NCBI GenBank assembly: GCA_965226885.1 | Contig: CBDDEL010000012.1 | Location: 128,001-192,000, forward strand | Direction: 5' to 3' | Source of the DNA: Opitutales bacterium | Lineage (GTDB): Bacteria > Verrucomicrobiota > Verrucomicrobiia > Opitutales > UBA2987 | DNA length: 64,000 bases | Shown: piece after piece, positions 21,138 to 30,544 of the stretch | Layout: each line of letters starts with the position of its first letter | How positions within the stretch are numbered: position 1 is the first letter of the stretch | Translations under genes and position numbers: made by a program | The notes under the pieces: generated by a model | Seen by the model: only the letters and a program-made list of their open reading frames with translations | What the model was told of the DNA's origin: nothing | The model's database searches: none

Positions 21138-23024
21138 TCATCGGTTGAGGTTGAAATTGCTAACTGCCTCCGCGGTGCGTAGGGCGCGGGTATAGATGCG
21201 TAATGAGTGAATCGCGCCTTTCACATTTTCGCCGATGCGTAACGTATCACCACCGTTGGCCTCTCTCAGATGCGGGCTGAATCGACCCCATCCGAACTGT
21301 CGGTATTCACCACCATCACAGAACTTGCCGTCTACGACAAAGGAGATGATCTTCGGACCACCGTCAACGATGACTGTTAGGTGATGGCTTTTTTCCGCCT
21401 CCAAACAATCGGGATCGCAGTCCCATCGGTTTTCGGTTCGCCCATCGTTGAGGACGATCTCGATGGTACCATTATTTGTCGTCTGCAGGCAGAGGCCTTT
21501 GCCGTCGTCGCGGTGGTTTTCGATCAGGACTTGCCCGGGATCAAGGAATTCCAACGCGAACGACACGTCGAGTGTGAATCCCTGACGCAGGTCGCGCGTC
21601 CCGTAACCGTGGCCAGTGTTATCGCGCTCATTGAAATGTGGGAGGTCCGGGGCAGGTATCCCAGCCGTTTTTATTCCGGACTCCTCGGACAGATTCAGGA
21701 TAAGGCCTTCTTCGGCGATTCCTTTGGCCTCGAATGAATTCCACATCCCTTGAAGAAGCACAGGATCGACCTCGTGCACCCGGGCGATAAACTTTTGCGT
21801 TTCGCTGAGATAATAGCAGCCCTTCTCCTCGATGAGGTCGGGATAGCTGATTCGGATGTAGGGGTCATCCTCATAGAGGACGATTTCCGGTTGCGACCAC
21901 TGGATCCGTTTCCCTTCCGGAGTGGCGGTTTCAGTGCCACCGCTGAGCCATACCGGATTGCGATCCTGGTAGGAGATGGTCCTCCGTTGTGGATGTTCGC
22001 GAATCTGCCGCCCGCCGTGATTATGAAACCAGTATAGGAACTTACCGTTCTGGCACCGCCAGGCGAAATTAGCGGCGCGGGGATGCTTCATCCGCCGGCC
22101 GTCGGCATAGGTTGTGTACTCAGGCTCGGTCCAGGTATGGCCACCATCGTAACTGTAGGTGCAGACGGAATACCCCTCGATGGTACGGTAGACGCAATAT
22201 AGGGTTCCATCGCTTAGAACCGTGAAACTCTGTTCTTCGGCAATGGGCCCGCCTCCCGGTGGCGCCTGCAGACCGACCTCGCCATCGGGCAGGGTCTCCC
22301 ACTCGATCTTGTCGGGATCGTCGGCGAGAAGAAGGTTTTGGCTCGCCAGAAGAGCGCCTTCGGACGCTGTGAACCACCCCTCTCCAAAGCCTCCTACTTT
22401 ATGAATGGGAAGAAACGCTGTTCCCTCAAAAGTGAATGGCCGACCCACGTTCCAGAAAAACCGGATTTTGCCCTGGTATACATTTTTGCGATCGATCTCA
22501 AATTCACGGACCGGAATGGTATAGCGCTTGTCGGACCAACTGCGGCCATGATCGTCACTGTATTTGAGAACATAATACCCAAATGAATCCATACGTTGGG
22601 TGTAACCGCTCGAATAGGGCGGGTTATCCGCCTTCAATTCGCGTCTGTTATCTGTGTTGTGGATATAGAAGGCATAGATGCGGCCGGAAGGCGCGGTGAG
22701 AGCAACGGCCCAGGAGGCTTCTGGCCCGCCGGGCGGCTCCATGGGTACGGGATCTTCCCAGGTCTTCCCGCAGTCCATGCTTCGCAAAGAGATCACGTGT
22801 TGGCCTTGCTCTCCTTCTTTTCCCGATCCCGTGGTCATGACGCATAGCCAAGCACCGTCATTTGTCTTCACAATGTAGGGTTGATCTGCGTAGTGGAGGC
22901 TGGGAATCTCGCTTCCGTAGCTGATATGTCGCTTATCCGGCAGAGTTTCCGTCTGCCGCTTGCCTTCGGCGAGTCGCTGGTCGGCTAAGGACGTGCTGTT
23001 GGAATCCCTATTCTGTTGTTTCAT
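21138..23024 (-). CDS. BNR/Asp-box sialidase-like protein with C-terminal LamG-like domain
   Basis: SMDCGKTW, SDDHGRSW, SYDGGHTW; C-terminal HHLTVIVDG...SLRIYTRAL. Confidence 0.8.
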   Translation of the reverse strand: MKQQNRDSNSTSLADQRLAEGKRQTETLPDKRHISYGSEIPSLHYADQPYIVKTNDGAWLCVMTTGSGKEGEQGQHVISLRSMDCGKTWEDPVPMEPPGGPEASWAVALTAPSGRIYAFYIHNTDNRRELKADNPPYSSGYTQRMDSFGYYVLKYSDDHGRSWSDKRYTIPVREFEIDRKNVYQGKIRFFWNVGRPFTFEGTAFLPIHKVGGFGEGWFTASEGALLASQNLLLADDPDKIEWETLPDGEVGLQAPPGGGPIAEEQSFTVLSDGTLYCVYRTIEGYSVCTYSYDGGHTWTEPEYTTYADGRRMKHPRAANFAWRCQNGKFLYWFHNHGGRQIREHPQRRTISYQDRNPVWLSGGTETATPEGKRIQWSQPEIVLYEDDPYIRISYPDLIEEKGCYYLSETQKFIARVHEVDPVLLQGMWNSFEAKGIAEEGLILNLSEESGIKTAGIPAPDLPHFNERDNTGHGYGTRDLRQGFTLDVSFALEFLDPGQVLIENHRDDGKGLCLQTTNNGTIEIVLNDGRTENRWDCDPDCLEAEKSHHLTVIVDGGPKIISFVVDGKFCDGGEYRQFGWGRFSPHLREANGGDTLRIGENVKGAIHSLRIYTRALRTAEAVSNFNLNR

Positions 23025-23025
23025 A

Positions 23026-24381
23026 CTAGAAATCGACTTGTACTCTTTGCACCCGCTGCTCTTCTTTGGCGTGTGTGTACTGGTGCAGGCGGATGCGGTC
23101 GGCGAGGAGCTTTTCCATCAGTTCGGCAGTGATGCGTTCGTATCCCGCGACACCGGTGAGGTTACTCAACTCGTGGGGATCATTGACGAGGTTGTAGAGG
23201 TGCTGCACGCCACCCGCCTGGGGGTCGTAGACAAGCTTCCAGTTGCCGGTGCGGATCATGACCGCGGTGCCGAGTTCCGAGATTATCTCACGATGGATTC
23301 CCGTGGACGAATCACTTCCCATCGCCGCGAGGATGTTGCGTCCCGAACGGATGCGGGACTTCGGCATATCGCATCTGGCCAGGTGGAGAAGGGTAGGATA
23401 GAGATCAAGGTGGGAAAGGAGGCACTTGCTCACGCGTGGGCCGTTCATGCGTTCTTCTTTTGCGATACCCGGACCCGCCATGATGAAGGGCACGCCCACA
23501 CTTTGTTCGTAAAAGAATCGTTTTTCCCAGATGCCGAAATCTCCCAGGTTTTCCCCGTGATCGGAGGTGAATATAACAACTGTGTTCTCAGCCAGGTTAC
23601 GGTCTTTGAGCACCTGAATCAGGGTCCCCATATAACTATCAATCAAGGAACATTTATCCATGTAGTGTGCTCGCCGAATACGTTCTTCTTCCGTGTCTTC
23701 GCGGCCCAGCGGTGCCGGCATATCCTTCGGTCTGTGTTTTAACTCTCCGGGATGCCAAAAGGGAGGATGCGGACCGATAAAGGATAGGTTCAGGTAAAAT
23801 GGTTTATCACCGTTGTAATGCTCGACGAAGTCGATGCCGTGGCGCCCGATAAACCCTTCCGCGGTTTCGTCAGGATCATCAAAGGGATGCCGGTAGCCGC
23901 CTTTTTTCAGCGCTTCTCGGAATTCCTTCAGCTTTCCCTTCCCCTTCAGGTAATGTGTGTATTCGTCGTCGTTGTGCCCGTTCTCGGCATCGTCCTGAAC
24001 CTGGAAGACGTGATCAAACCCGTAATCCGCGATCAGTCCGTTATTTTCGCACGTGTCGACGCCCAGGCCGTAAGAATCGATGTAATGATGCTTGCCGATC
24101 ATCGCCGTGTAGTAACCGGTCCTTTGTAGGTGATGCATGAAGGTATCGTGGCGAAGGAATTCATCCAGTGGTTCCGTCTGGTTGCCACAGATGCCAGTCT
24201 GCGAATTGTGCAATCCGCTCATGATGCAATTGCGCGAAGGCATGCACAACGGCGAGGCGCAATAGGCATTTGTGAAGCGGATCCCCTCCTCTGCCAACTT
24301 CATCAGATTCGGCGTGCTGGACCCCAGCGCGCTGCGCCGGAGGTGATCGGTTAGGATTAAGATGATGTTCGGATGATTCAT
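23026..24381 (-). CDS. Sulfatase (formylglycine-dependent, Cys-type)
   Basis: PNIILILTD, CMPSR (CxPxR), GKHH, FTSDHG. Confidence 0.92.
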   Translation of the reverse strand: MNHPNIILILTDHLRRSALGSSTPNLMKLAEEGIRFTNAYCASPLCMPSRNCIMSGLHNSQTGICGNQTEPLDEFLRHDTFMHHLQRTGYYTAMIGKHHYIDSYGLGVDTCENNGLIADYGFDHVFQVQDDAENGHNDDEYTHYLKGKGKLKEFREALKKGGYRHPFDDPDETAEGFIGRHGIDFVEHYNGDKPFYLNLSFIGPHPPFWHPGELKHRPKDMPAPLGREDTEEERIRRAHYMDKCSLIDSYMGTLIQVLKDRNLAENTVVIFTSDHGENLGDFGIWEKRFFYEQSVGVPFIMAGPGIAKEERMNGPRVSKCLLSHLDLYPTLLHLARCDMPKSRIRSGRNILAAMGSDSSTGIHREIISELGTAVMIRTGNWKLVYDPQAGGVQHLYNLVNDPHELSNLTGVAGYERITAELMEKLLADRIRLHQYTHAKEEQRVQRVQVDF

Positions 24382-24690
24382 ACTTGTAAATGAAGGGAAT
24401 AAGAGCTTTAAAATATATGATATATCAAAAATGTTGACTGGGAAAAACTTTCTTTGTCTTTAGCGGGATGGCGAAGGAGCCCGGAGATTTCGAAGGACGA
24501 ATTAGATTCTGGCTACGAAATACCAAAATGACCGAATACAACGTCTCCAAGGCCATGGTAAAAATGTTCATTGCAGAAGCGGGCGAGCTCGAGGTCGGAA
24601 GAGTAATAGGGTCGGAGGGTACGTTATGAATTGGGGTTGGAGATCAAGGAACGTCTTTACCGCACAGATTTTCATTTTAATATTTGCTAT

Positions 24691-26021
24691 CACTAGTGTC
24701 CAGTTAAGCGGCCAGTCTAAAGTCGTATTTCGTTGATGATGTGTTTGTTGAGTAGCCACATGGATGTGACGCATTTGAAGTTAGCTGGCGCTTTCCGCAC
24801 CCTTTTTGAGACTGGGCAGCATGAACGAAGGCCGCCTTGCATTCACGCAGGCGATGGATTTGCTCCATCGCGAACAGTTCGAACGCTGCGTTAGTCTTTA
24901 TCCCATGCCAAGAACCAGTCGTAGTTTCAGTGCCCGTGATCAGTTCTTGAGCATGGCCTTTGCGCAAATGACATTCCGTGAGAGTTTGCGTGACATCGAG
25001 GCGTGTCTGCGGGGAAGTCCTCACTTGTATGCGATGGGAATCCGGGGCAATGTGACACGCACGAACTTGGCCTACGCCAACGAGCATCGCAACTGGCGCC
25101 TTTACGAAGCATTGGCTCAAGTGCTCATCGCCAAGGCGCGCCGTTTGTATGCCCAAGACGCGATTGGATTGAATGTAGACGAGATGGTTTATGCCCTGGA
25201 TGCCTCGACCATAGACCTGTGCCTGTCGTTGTTTTCGTGGGCAACATTTCGCCGCACCAAGGCGGCCATCAAACTGCATACGATGATGGACTTGCGTGGC
25301 TCCATCCCTATATTCATCAGTATTACAGACGCAAGCGTGCATGACGTGAACATCCTTGATGAACTGGCTTTTGAACCCGCAAGCATTTACGTAATGGATC
25401 GTGGTTACGTCGATTTTCAGCGGCTCTTTCGCATCCATTTGGCTGCTGCCTTCTTCGTCACCCGCGCCAAAAGCAATATGAGTTTTTACGTTAGTGCTTC
25501 CCAACCCGTGGACCGATCCAGCGGAATCAGTTGCGACCAGATCATCGGATTGAAAGTCGCCAAAAGCAAAAGCCAATACCCCGGCAAGCTCCGGCGCATT
25601 CGCTACCGCGATGGCGCAACTGGCCAGAGGCTGGTCTTCCTCACCAACAACTTCACCTTGCCCGCCTTGACTATCGCGGCCATTTACAAAAGCCGCTGGC
25701 GCATTGAGCTGTTCTGCTGGCGCATTGAGCTGTTCTTTAAGTGGATCAAGCAAAACCTCCGCATCAAGGCTTTCTACGGCACCACCGAAAACGCCGTGAA
25801 GACCCAAATTTGGGTAGCCATATGCGTTTATCTCATGGTCGCCTGTTTGAAAAAAGTGCATGGAGTCACTGAAAGTCTGAGTCGGATTCTGCAAGTTTTG
25901 AGTGTGAACGTCTTTCAAAAAGATCCTGTATATCAACTACTTGCAAAGTTCGAAACAAGAAAGCCAAACTTAGCATTACACAACCAGTTGATGCTCAAGG
26001 GCTTTTAACTGGACACTAGTG
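24691..26021 (+). mobile_element. IS4-family element
   Basis: Perfect 17-bp IR cactagtgtccagttaa; flanks similar but not identical. Confidence 0.9.
24821..26008 (+). CDS. IS4-family transposase with an in-frame 21-bp duplication in the YREK motif
   Basis: ALDASTIDL, MDRGYVD, YKSRWRIELFC-WRIELFFKWIKQ. Confidence 0.88.
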   Translation: MNEGRLAFTQAMDLLHREQFERCVSLYPMPRTSRSFSARDQFLSMAFAQMTFRESLRDIEACLRGSPHLYAMGIRGNVTRTNLAYANEHRNWRLYEALAQVLIAKARRLYAQDAIGLNVDEMVYALDASTIDLCLSLFSWATFRRTKAAIKLHTMMDLRGSIPIFISITDASVHDVNILDELAFEPASIYVMDRGYVDFQRLFRIHLAAAFFVTRAKSNMSFYVSASQPVDRSSGISCDQIIGLKVAKSKSQYPGKLRRIRYRDGATGQRLVFLTNNFTLPALTIAAIYKSRWRIELFCWRIELFFKWIKQNLRIKAFYGTTENAVKTQIWVAICVYLMVACLKKVHGVTESLSRILQVLSVNVFQKDPVYQLLAKFETRKPNLALHNQLMLKGF

Positions 26022-26460
26022 ATATTAAATATATCTGGCAGGATAAATGCAACCATATTCACCTCTTTGAAAGTTTCAATTCTATCTTGAAGCCATTGTG
26101 TTTCTTATTCAAGCCCATATTTTCCATTTCATCATAAGAAAATTTGTTTGAAATAATCGCTATGTGTTTAATAATAAGTTATTTAAGTATACTTATAGCG
26201 AAAGCGAACAAATTCTTAAAATCCAATGGGTGACGCAAAAAAGAGCAGTTTTCGGGTTCAATTCAACCGTCGAATCAAGTTGGAGTTCCACGGTGCGAAG
26301 GTTACCAGTGATGCAGGATTGTTACTCTACCGGGAACTTGATGAGGCTTTCGGGCTGACTGCGATAGGAAGCGAAAATGTCGTGGATGTAAACGCCGGGG
26401 AAAAACCGGTACGGTAAAGAGGGCGCTTTAAAACCGGTACGCTTATCCTAGAAAGGAGGA

Positions 26461-27968
26461 GTGTATCGAGATATGAAGCAATGGACAAGAGTGCGGCACA
26501 AAGTGCTGCGGGACAAGCAGAGCAAGCGCTCTGTAATGCGAGAAGAGGGACTGCACTGGGAGACCCTGGGAAAGATGCTGGCCTATTCCCAGCCGCCGGG
26601 ATACCGGCGCAAGAAGAGGCGAGAGCGCAAGATCGATCCGTATGTGGGCTGGATCGAGGAGGTGCTCAAAGCGGACCGGAACGTGCCCAAGAAGCAGCGC
26701 CATACGGCCAAACGGATCTACCAGCGTTTGGGTCGGGAGAAGGGCTACCAAGGGGGCTACACGGCGGTCAAGGAGGTGGTGGCCGAGCTGCGAGCGAGGC
26801 GGCGGGAAGTGTTCGTGCCGCTGGAGCACCGCCCCGGGGAGGGACAGGTGGACTTCGGTCATGCCCTGGTGAAGGAGGCGGGGCAATTGCGTAGGCGGCC
26901 ATTTTTTGCCATGAGCCTGCCCTACAGCGATGCCTTTTTCGTGCAGGTGTTCGAACGGGAGTGCACGGAGAGCTTCTGGGAGGGGCACCTGCGAGCTTTT
27001 GAGTTTTTCGGGGCGGTGCCCCGGCGCATCAGCTACGACAACTCGAAGGTGGCGGTGGGTAAGATTATCGGTTCGCGTGAACGCAAGCTGACCGACGGGT
27101 TTCTGCAGCTACAGAGCCATTACCTGTTCGAGGAACACTTCTGTCTGCCCGCCCGGCCCAACGCGAAGGGCGTGGTCGAGGGGATCGTGCGTTATGCCCG
27201 GGCCAACTTCCTGGTACCGGTACCGCAGGTTCGGGACCTGGAGGAACTCAACGCAAAGCTGTTGGAGGCATGTGAGCGGGACATGGAGCGTAAATTACGC
27301 GGGAAAAGGGCGGTGAAAAAGGAACTGCTGGCCGAGGAGCGCGCCGTCATGCTGCCGTTGCCGCCCATACCCTTTGAAGCGAGCCGCAAACGCTCGACCT
27401 GCGTCAGCAGCCTCTCGCTGGTGCGCTTCGAGTGCAACGACTATTCGGTGCCGGTGCGCTGCGCCCACCATCCGGTGGTGGTGGAAGGGTCCTGTCGGCA
27501 GGTGGTGATCTTCTGTGGGGGCCAAGAGGTGGCCCGGCACCGCCGCATTTGGGATAAAGAGCAAGTCTCTTTCGAGCCGGTGCACTACCTGGCTTTGCTG
27601 GAGAAAAAACCGGGCGCTTTGGACTTCGCCCGCCCACTCTCGGGCTGGCAGTTGCCGCAGTGCCTGCAGGTCCTCAGACGCCGGCTCGAAAGCCAATGCG
27701 GGGGCGAAGGCACCCGGGAGTATATCCGGGTGCTGCGGCTGTTGGAGAAACACCCCATGGCGGCCTTGCAGCAGGCCGTCGTCTCGGCCCTGCGGGTGGG
27801 GGGACTGACTCGTGAGGCCATCGCCCAGTATCTCTATCCTCAGGAAGACTACGGGAGCAGAACCTTCCGGCTGGGGACGGCCATCCACACCTGCGTCACG
27901 TCCGTGTGGCCGCCCCTGACCTCGGTGCCTACAGCGAACTGCTCAAGATTCCAGGAGGGGCTTTATGA
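26461..27968 (+). pseudogene. istA: IS21 transposase IstA with a late +2 frameshift
   Basis: ctggggac at 27871 vs ctggac in copy 2; also NAKGVVE vs NEKGVVE. Confidence 0.85.
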
Positions 27969-28732
27969 AGGAAGAAAAAAACCAGCTGCTGTTACACCAT
28001 CACCTCAAGAAACTGAAGTTGCCCACCATCCTGCGCGAATGGCCGGCGGTGGCCGCGGCTTGTTCCCGGGACCGGCTCGATTACGCCGCCTTTTTGTTGC
28101 ATCTGGTCGAACGGGAGCTCATTGAACGCGAACAGCGGGCCGCCCAGCGGCGGATCAAAAACGCCCGTTTCCCCGTGCTCAAGACCCTCGAGAGCTTCGC
28201 CTTTGAAGCGCAGCCCTCGATCAACGAAGCGCTCATCCGAGAGCTCATGCGCGGGGAGTATGTCGACCAGCGCGAAAACGTGCTGCTCCTCGGTAACGCC
28301 GGTACCGGTAAAACGCACCTGGCCACCGCCCTGGGCTTTGCCGCCTGTGCCCAGGGCCGGCGGATCCGTTTCTTCGGGGTCACCGCCCTGGTTACCCATA
28401 TGCTCGAGCAACGCGACAACCACGACCTGCAGCGCTTCATGAAGCAACTCGAAAGGCTCGACCTACTCATCCTCGACGAACTCGGTTACGTCCCTTTTTC
28501 CAAGACCGGTTCCGAACTGCTCTTCGACGTGGTCAGCCGCGCTTACGAGCGCACCAGTCTCATCGTCACCACCAACCTGCCCTTTGAGAACTGGATCGAA
28601 GTGCTCGGTTCCGAACGGCTCACCGGAGCTCTGCTGGACCGACTCACCCATCGGGTGCATATCCTCGAAGCCAACGGGCAAAGCTACCGCTTGCGCGATG
28701 CTCGACGCCGTCGCCGTGGCACAAAACAATAA
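27965..28732 (+). CDS. istB: IS21 helper ATPase IstB
   Basis: GNAGTGKTH, LLILDELGY, LLDRLTH. Confidence 0.93.
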   Translation: MKEEKNQLLLHHHLKKLKLPTILREWPAVAAACSRDRLDYAAFLLHLVERELIEREQRAAQRRIKNARFPVLKTLESFAFEAQPSINEALIRELMRGEYVDQRENVLLLGNAGTGKTHLATALGFAACAQGRRIRFFGVTALVTHMLEQRDNHDLQRFMKQLERLDLLILDELGYVPFSKTGSELLFDVVSRAYERTSLIVTTNLPFENWIEVLGSERLTGALLDRLTHRVHILEANGQSYRLRDARRRRRGTKQ

Positions 28733-28980
28733 ACGCCTTGGGCCCGGCTCGTCGGCCTCCGGCCTCCTCACCGACCCCAAGCCAATCCCCAAAACCAACT
28801 CCCAAACCCTAAACCTTGACGTACCTGCAATTACTAACCTAAACCTTATTCCAAGCGTACCGGTTTTACCCCGACCCCCGTACCGGTTTCATCCCGGCGT
28901 TTACACGTGGAGGAGCGCACGGGCAAAAATATCCAGCATGGTATAGCGGCTCTGCTTCGGCAGTCTGTCTTCAGTCGCCT

Positions 28981-29180
28981 GGCAACCTACAAGACACGAA
29001 TTGATCTCATCTGAAGCATATCTGAGTTGGCCATCACCAACCCGGATACTCCTGGCATTTTTAACGCTGTCACAGATCAACAGCTTTTTGAGTCCTTCCG
29101 AGAATGGGTCCATATAACTCGTCGGAGGAAGGACTCGAAAAAGCTGGGCAATCATACTGAGGCAACCTACAAGATACGAA
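28981..29180. other. 180-bp structured insertion bounded by a 20-bp direct repeat
   Basis: ggcaacctacaagaCacgaa (28981-29000) and ggcaacctacaagaTacgaa (29161-29180); two hairpin domains between them. Confidence 0.85.
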
Positions 29181-30528
29181 CGATGCGGAGCGACTGCGCT
29201 TTGATCCGGTCATGAGGCAGATTGTCGGGGGTCGTGCCGATTGGCAACCGGCGGCTTCGACCAGTGAAATGAGCCGCTTTGAAACACAGATGTTAACCAA
29301 GCCTGCGAATCTGAGCGCACTGATGGACATGAGTGGTCAATGGATCGACCAGGTGAATAGGCGAGTGGGGATGAAAAAATTGATTCTCGATATGGATAGT
29401 TCGGAGAGCCCTACTTACGGGAAGCAGGAAGGCTCGGCCTTCAACGGTCATTTCGGCTGCACCTGTTACCATCCCCTGTTCTGCTTCAACCAGTTTGGTG
29501 ATCTGGAACGGGCCAACCTGCGTAAAGGCAATGTGCACAGTGCCGACGATTGGTTGTCGGTGCTCCAACCGGTCGTTGCCCGCTATCGTGACTGTCCCCT
29601 GAAACGATTTTTCCGAGGTGACGCAGCCTTCGCCAATCCGGACCTCTACGGTTACCTTGAGCAAGAGAACTTCTCCTATGCCATTCGGCTGCAGAGCAAC
29701 ACGATTTTACAAAAACATATCGCCCCTTTACTCACTCGGCCAGTGGGGCGACCCTCGCGGGCACCCAAGGTGTTTTATACGAGTTTTTTGTATCAAGCCG
29801 CCAGTTGGCAGAGACCTCGCCGGGTGGTGGCCAAGGTCGAGTGGCAGGCCGGAGAGTTATTTGCGCGGGTCGGTTTCATCGTGACGAATCTGAACTGGCC
29901 ACCCAAGAAGGTAGTGAAATTTTACAACCACCGGGGCACCGCAGAGCAGTGGATCAAAGAGGGCAAACATGCCATCCACTGGACCCGCTTGTCCTGCCAT
30001 GACTTTGAGGACAACGCCGTTCGGCTTCAGCTCTTCGGCTTAGCCTACAATCTGGGTAACTTCATGCGCCGGTTGATTCTTCCCGGCAAGGTGAAGCACT
30101 GGATGCTGAGCTCTCTACGGGAGAAACTCATCAAAATCGGAGCAAAGGTGATCCACCATGCCAAGTATATCACTTTCCAGATGGCTGAGGTGGCCATCCC
30201 AAGAGAAATGTTTCGAACCATGCTGAAGCGAGTAGAGCGACTGCGACTCGCACCTGATACGGGGTGAGTAAGAAGATTTTTCGATACAAAAGGAACCAGT
30301 GCTGTGGAAACCTCCAACAGAAGGAAAGACCTTTCCCATGTTTGACCGAACAAAAGGAAAATCAGCAATAATTGTTAAATACTACCGATTTGATCATCAA
30401 ATAACGAAGGAATGGATTGCCAAATCACAATGAAAGTAGATAATTGGATCGAAATATTAGAAAGTAGTTATTTTCAACGATTACGAATGTTCATATGGGA
30501 AATCTCGGCTATAACCATTACAATTATG

Positions 30529-30544
30529 GGTAGTGTATTAAGTA
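30529..30544 (-). mobile_element. 16-bp IS1 end remnant, cut off by ISNCY copy 4
   Basis: ggtagtgtattaagta is identical to 37615-37630. Confidence 0.8.

Larger units (their letters stand above)
26387..28905 (+). mobile_element. IS21-family element copy 1 (nested)
   Basis: tgtaaacgccggg...cccggcgtttaca; subterminal aaaccggtacg repeats; 6-bp TSD cgtgga. Confidence 0.93.
26226..30267 (+). pseudogene. IS1380-family transposase type B (pieces 26226-26386, 28912-28990, 29170-30267)
   Basis: FHGAKVTSDAGLLLYREL; LLRQSVFSRLA; DTNDAERL; LDMDSS; RGDAAF; RGTAEQWIKEGK. Confidence 0.88.
26114..30508 (+). mobile_element. IS1380-family element type B, interrupted by IS21 and a 180-bp insert
   Basis: Imperfect IR (12/16) cccatattttccattt / atatgggaaatctcgg; transposase in three pieces. 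Confidence 0.8.

Noticed and set aside
24468..24629. 53-aa plus-strand ORF upstream of the sulfatase
   Set aside because: No recognisable motif or RBS support.
24704..25936. 410-aa minus-strand ORF
   Set aside because: Antisense shadow of the IS4 transposase; the same applies to the many short ORFs overlapping IS copies.
26461..28125. 554-aa IstA with a novel C-terminal extension
   Set aside because: Caused by a 2-bp insertion; copy 2 shows the normal 501-aa protein.
29074..29150. Hairpin with a bulged base as an integron attC site
   Set aside because: No proper RYYYAAC/GTTRRRY boxes, no cassette ORF and no integrase in the window.
28981..29180. Group II intron or retron remnant
   Set aside because: No GUGYG start or recognisable domain V, no RT gene, and the flanks are direct rather than inverted repeats.
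5453..30544. taagta flanks of ISNCY copies 1 and 4 as evidence of an inversion between them
   Set aside because: Orientation is inconsistent: undoing the inversion does not restore TSDs, and the match is expected from the TA-NN-TA consensus.
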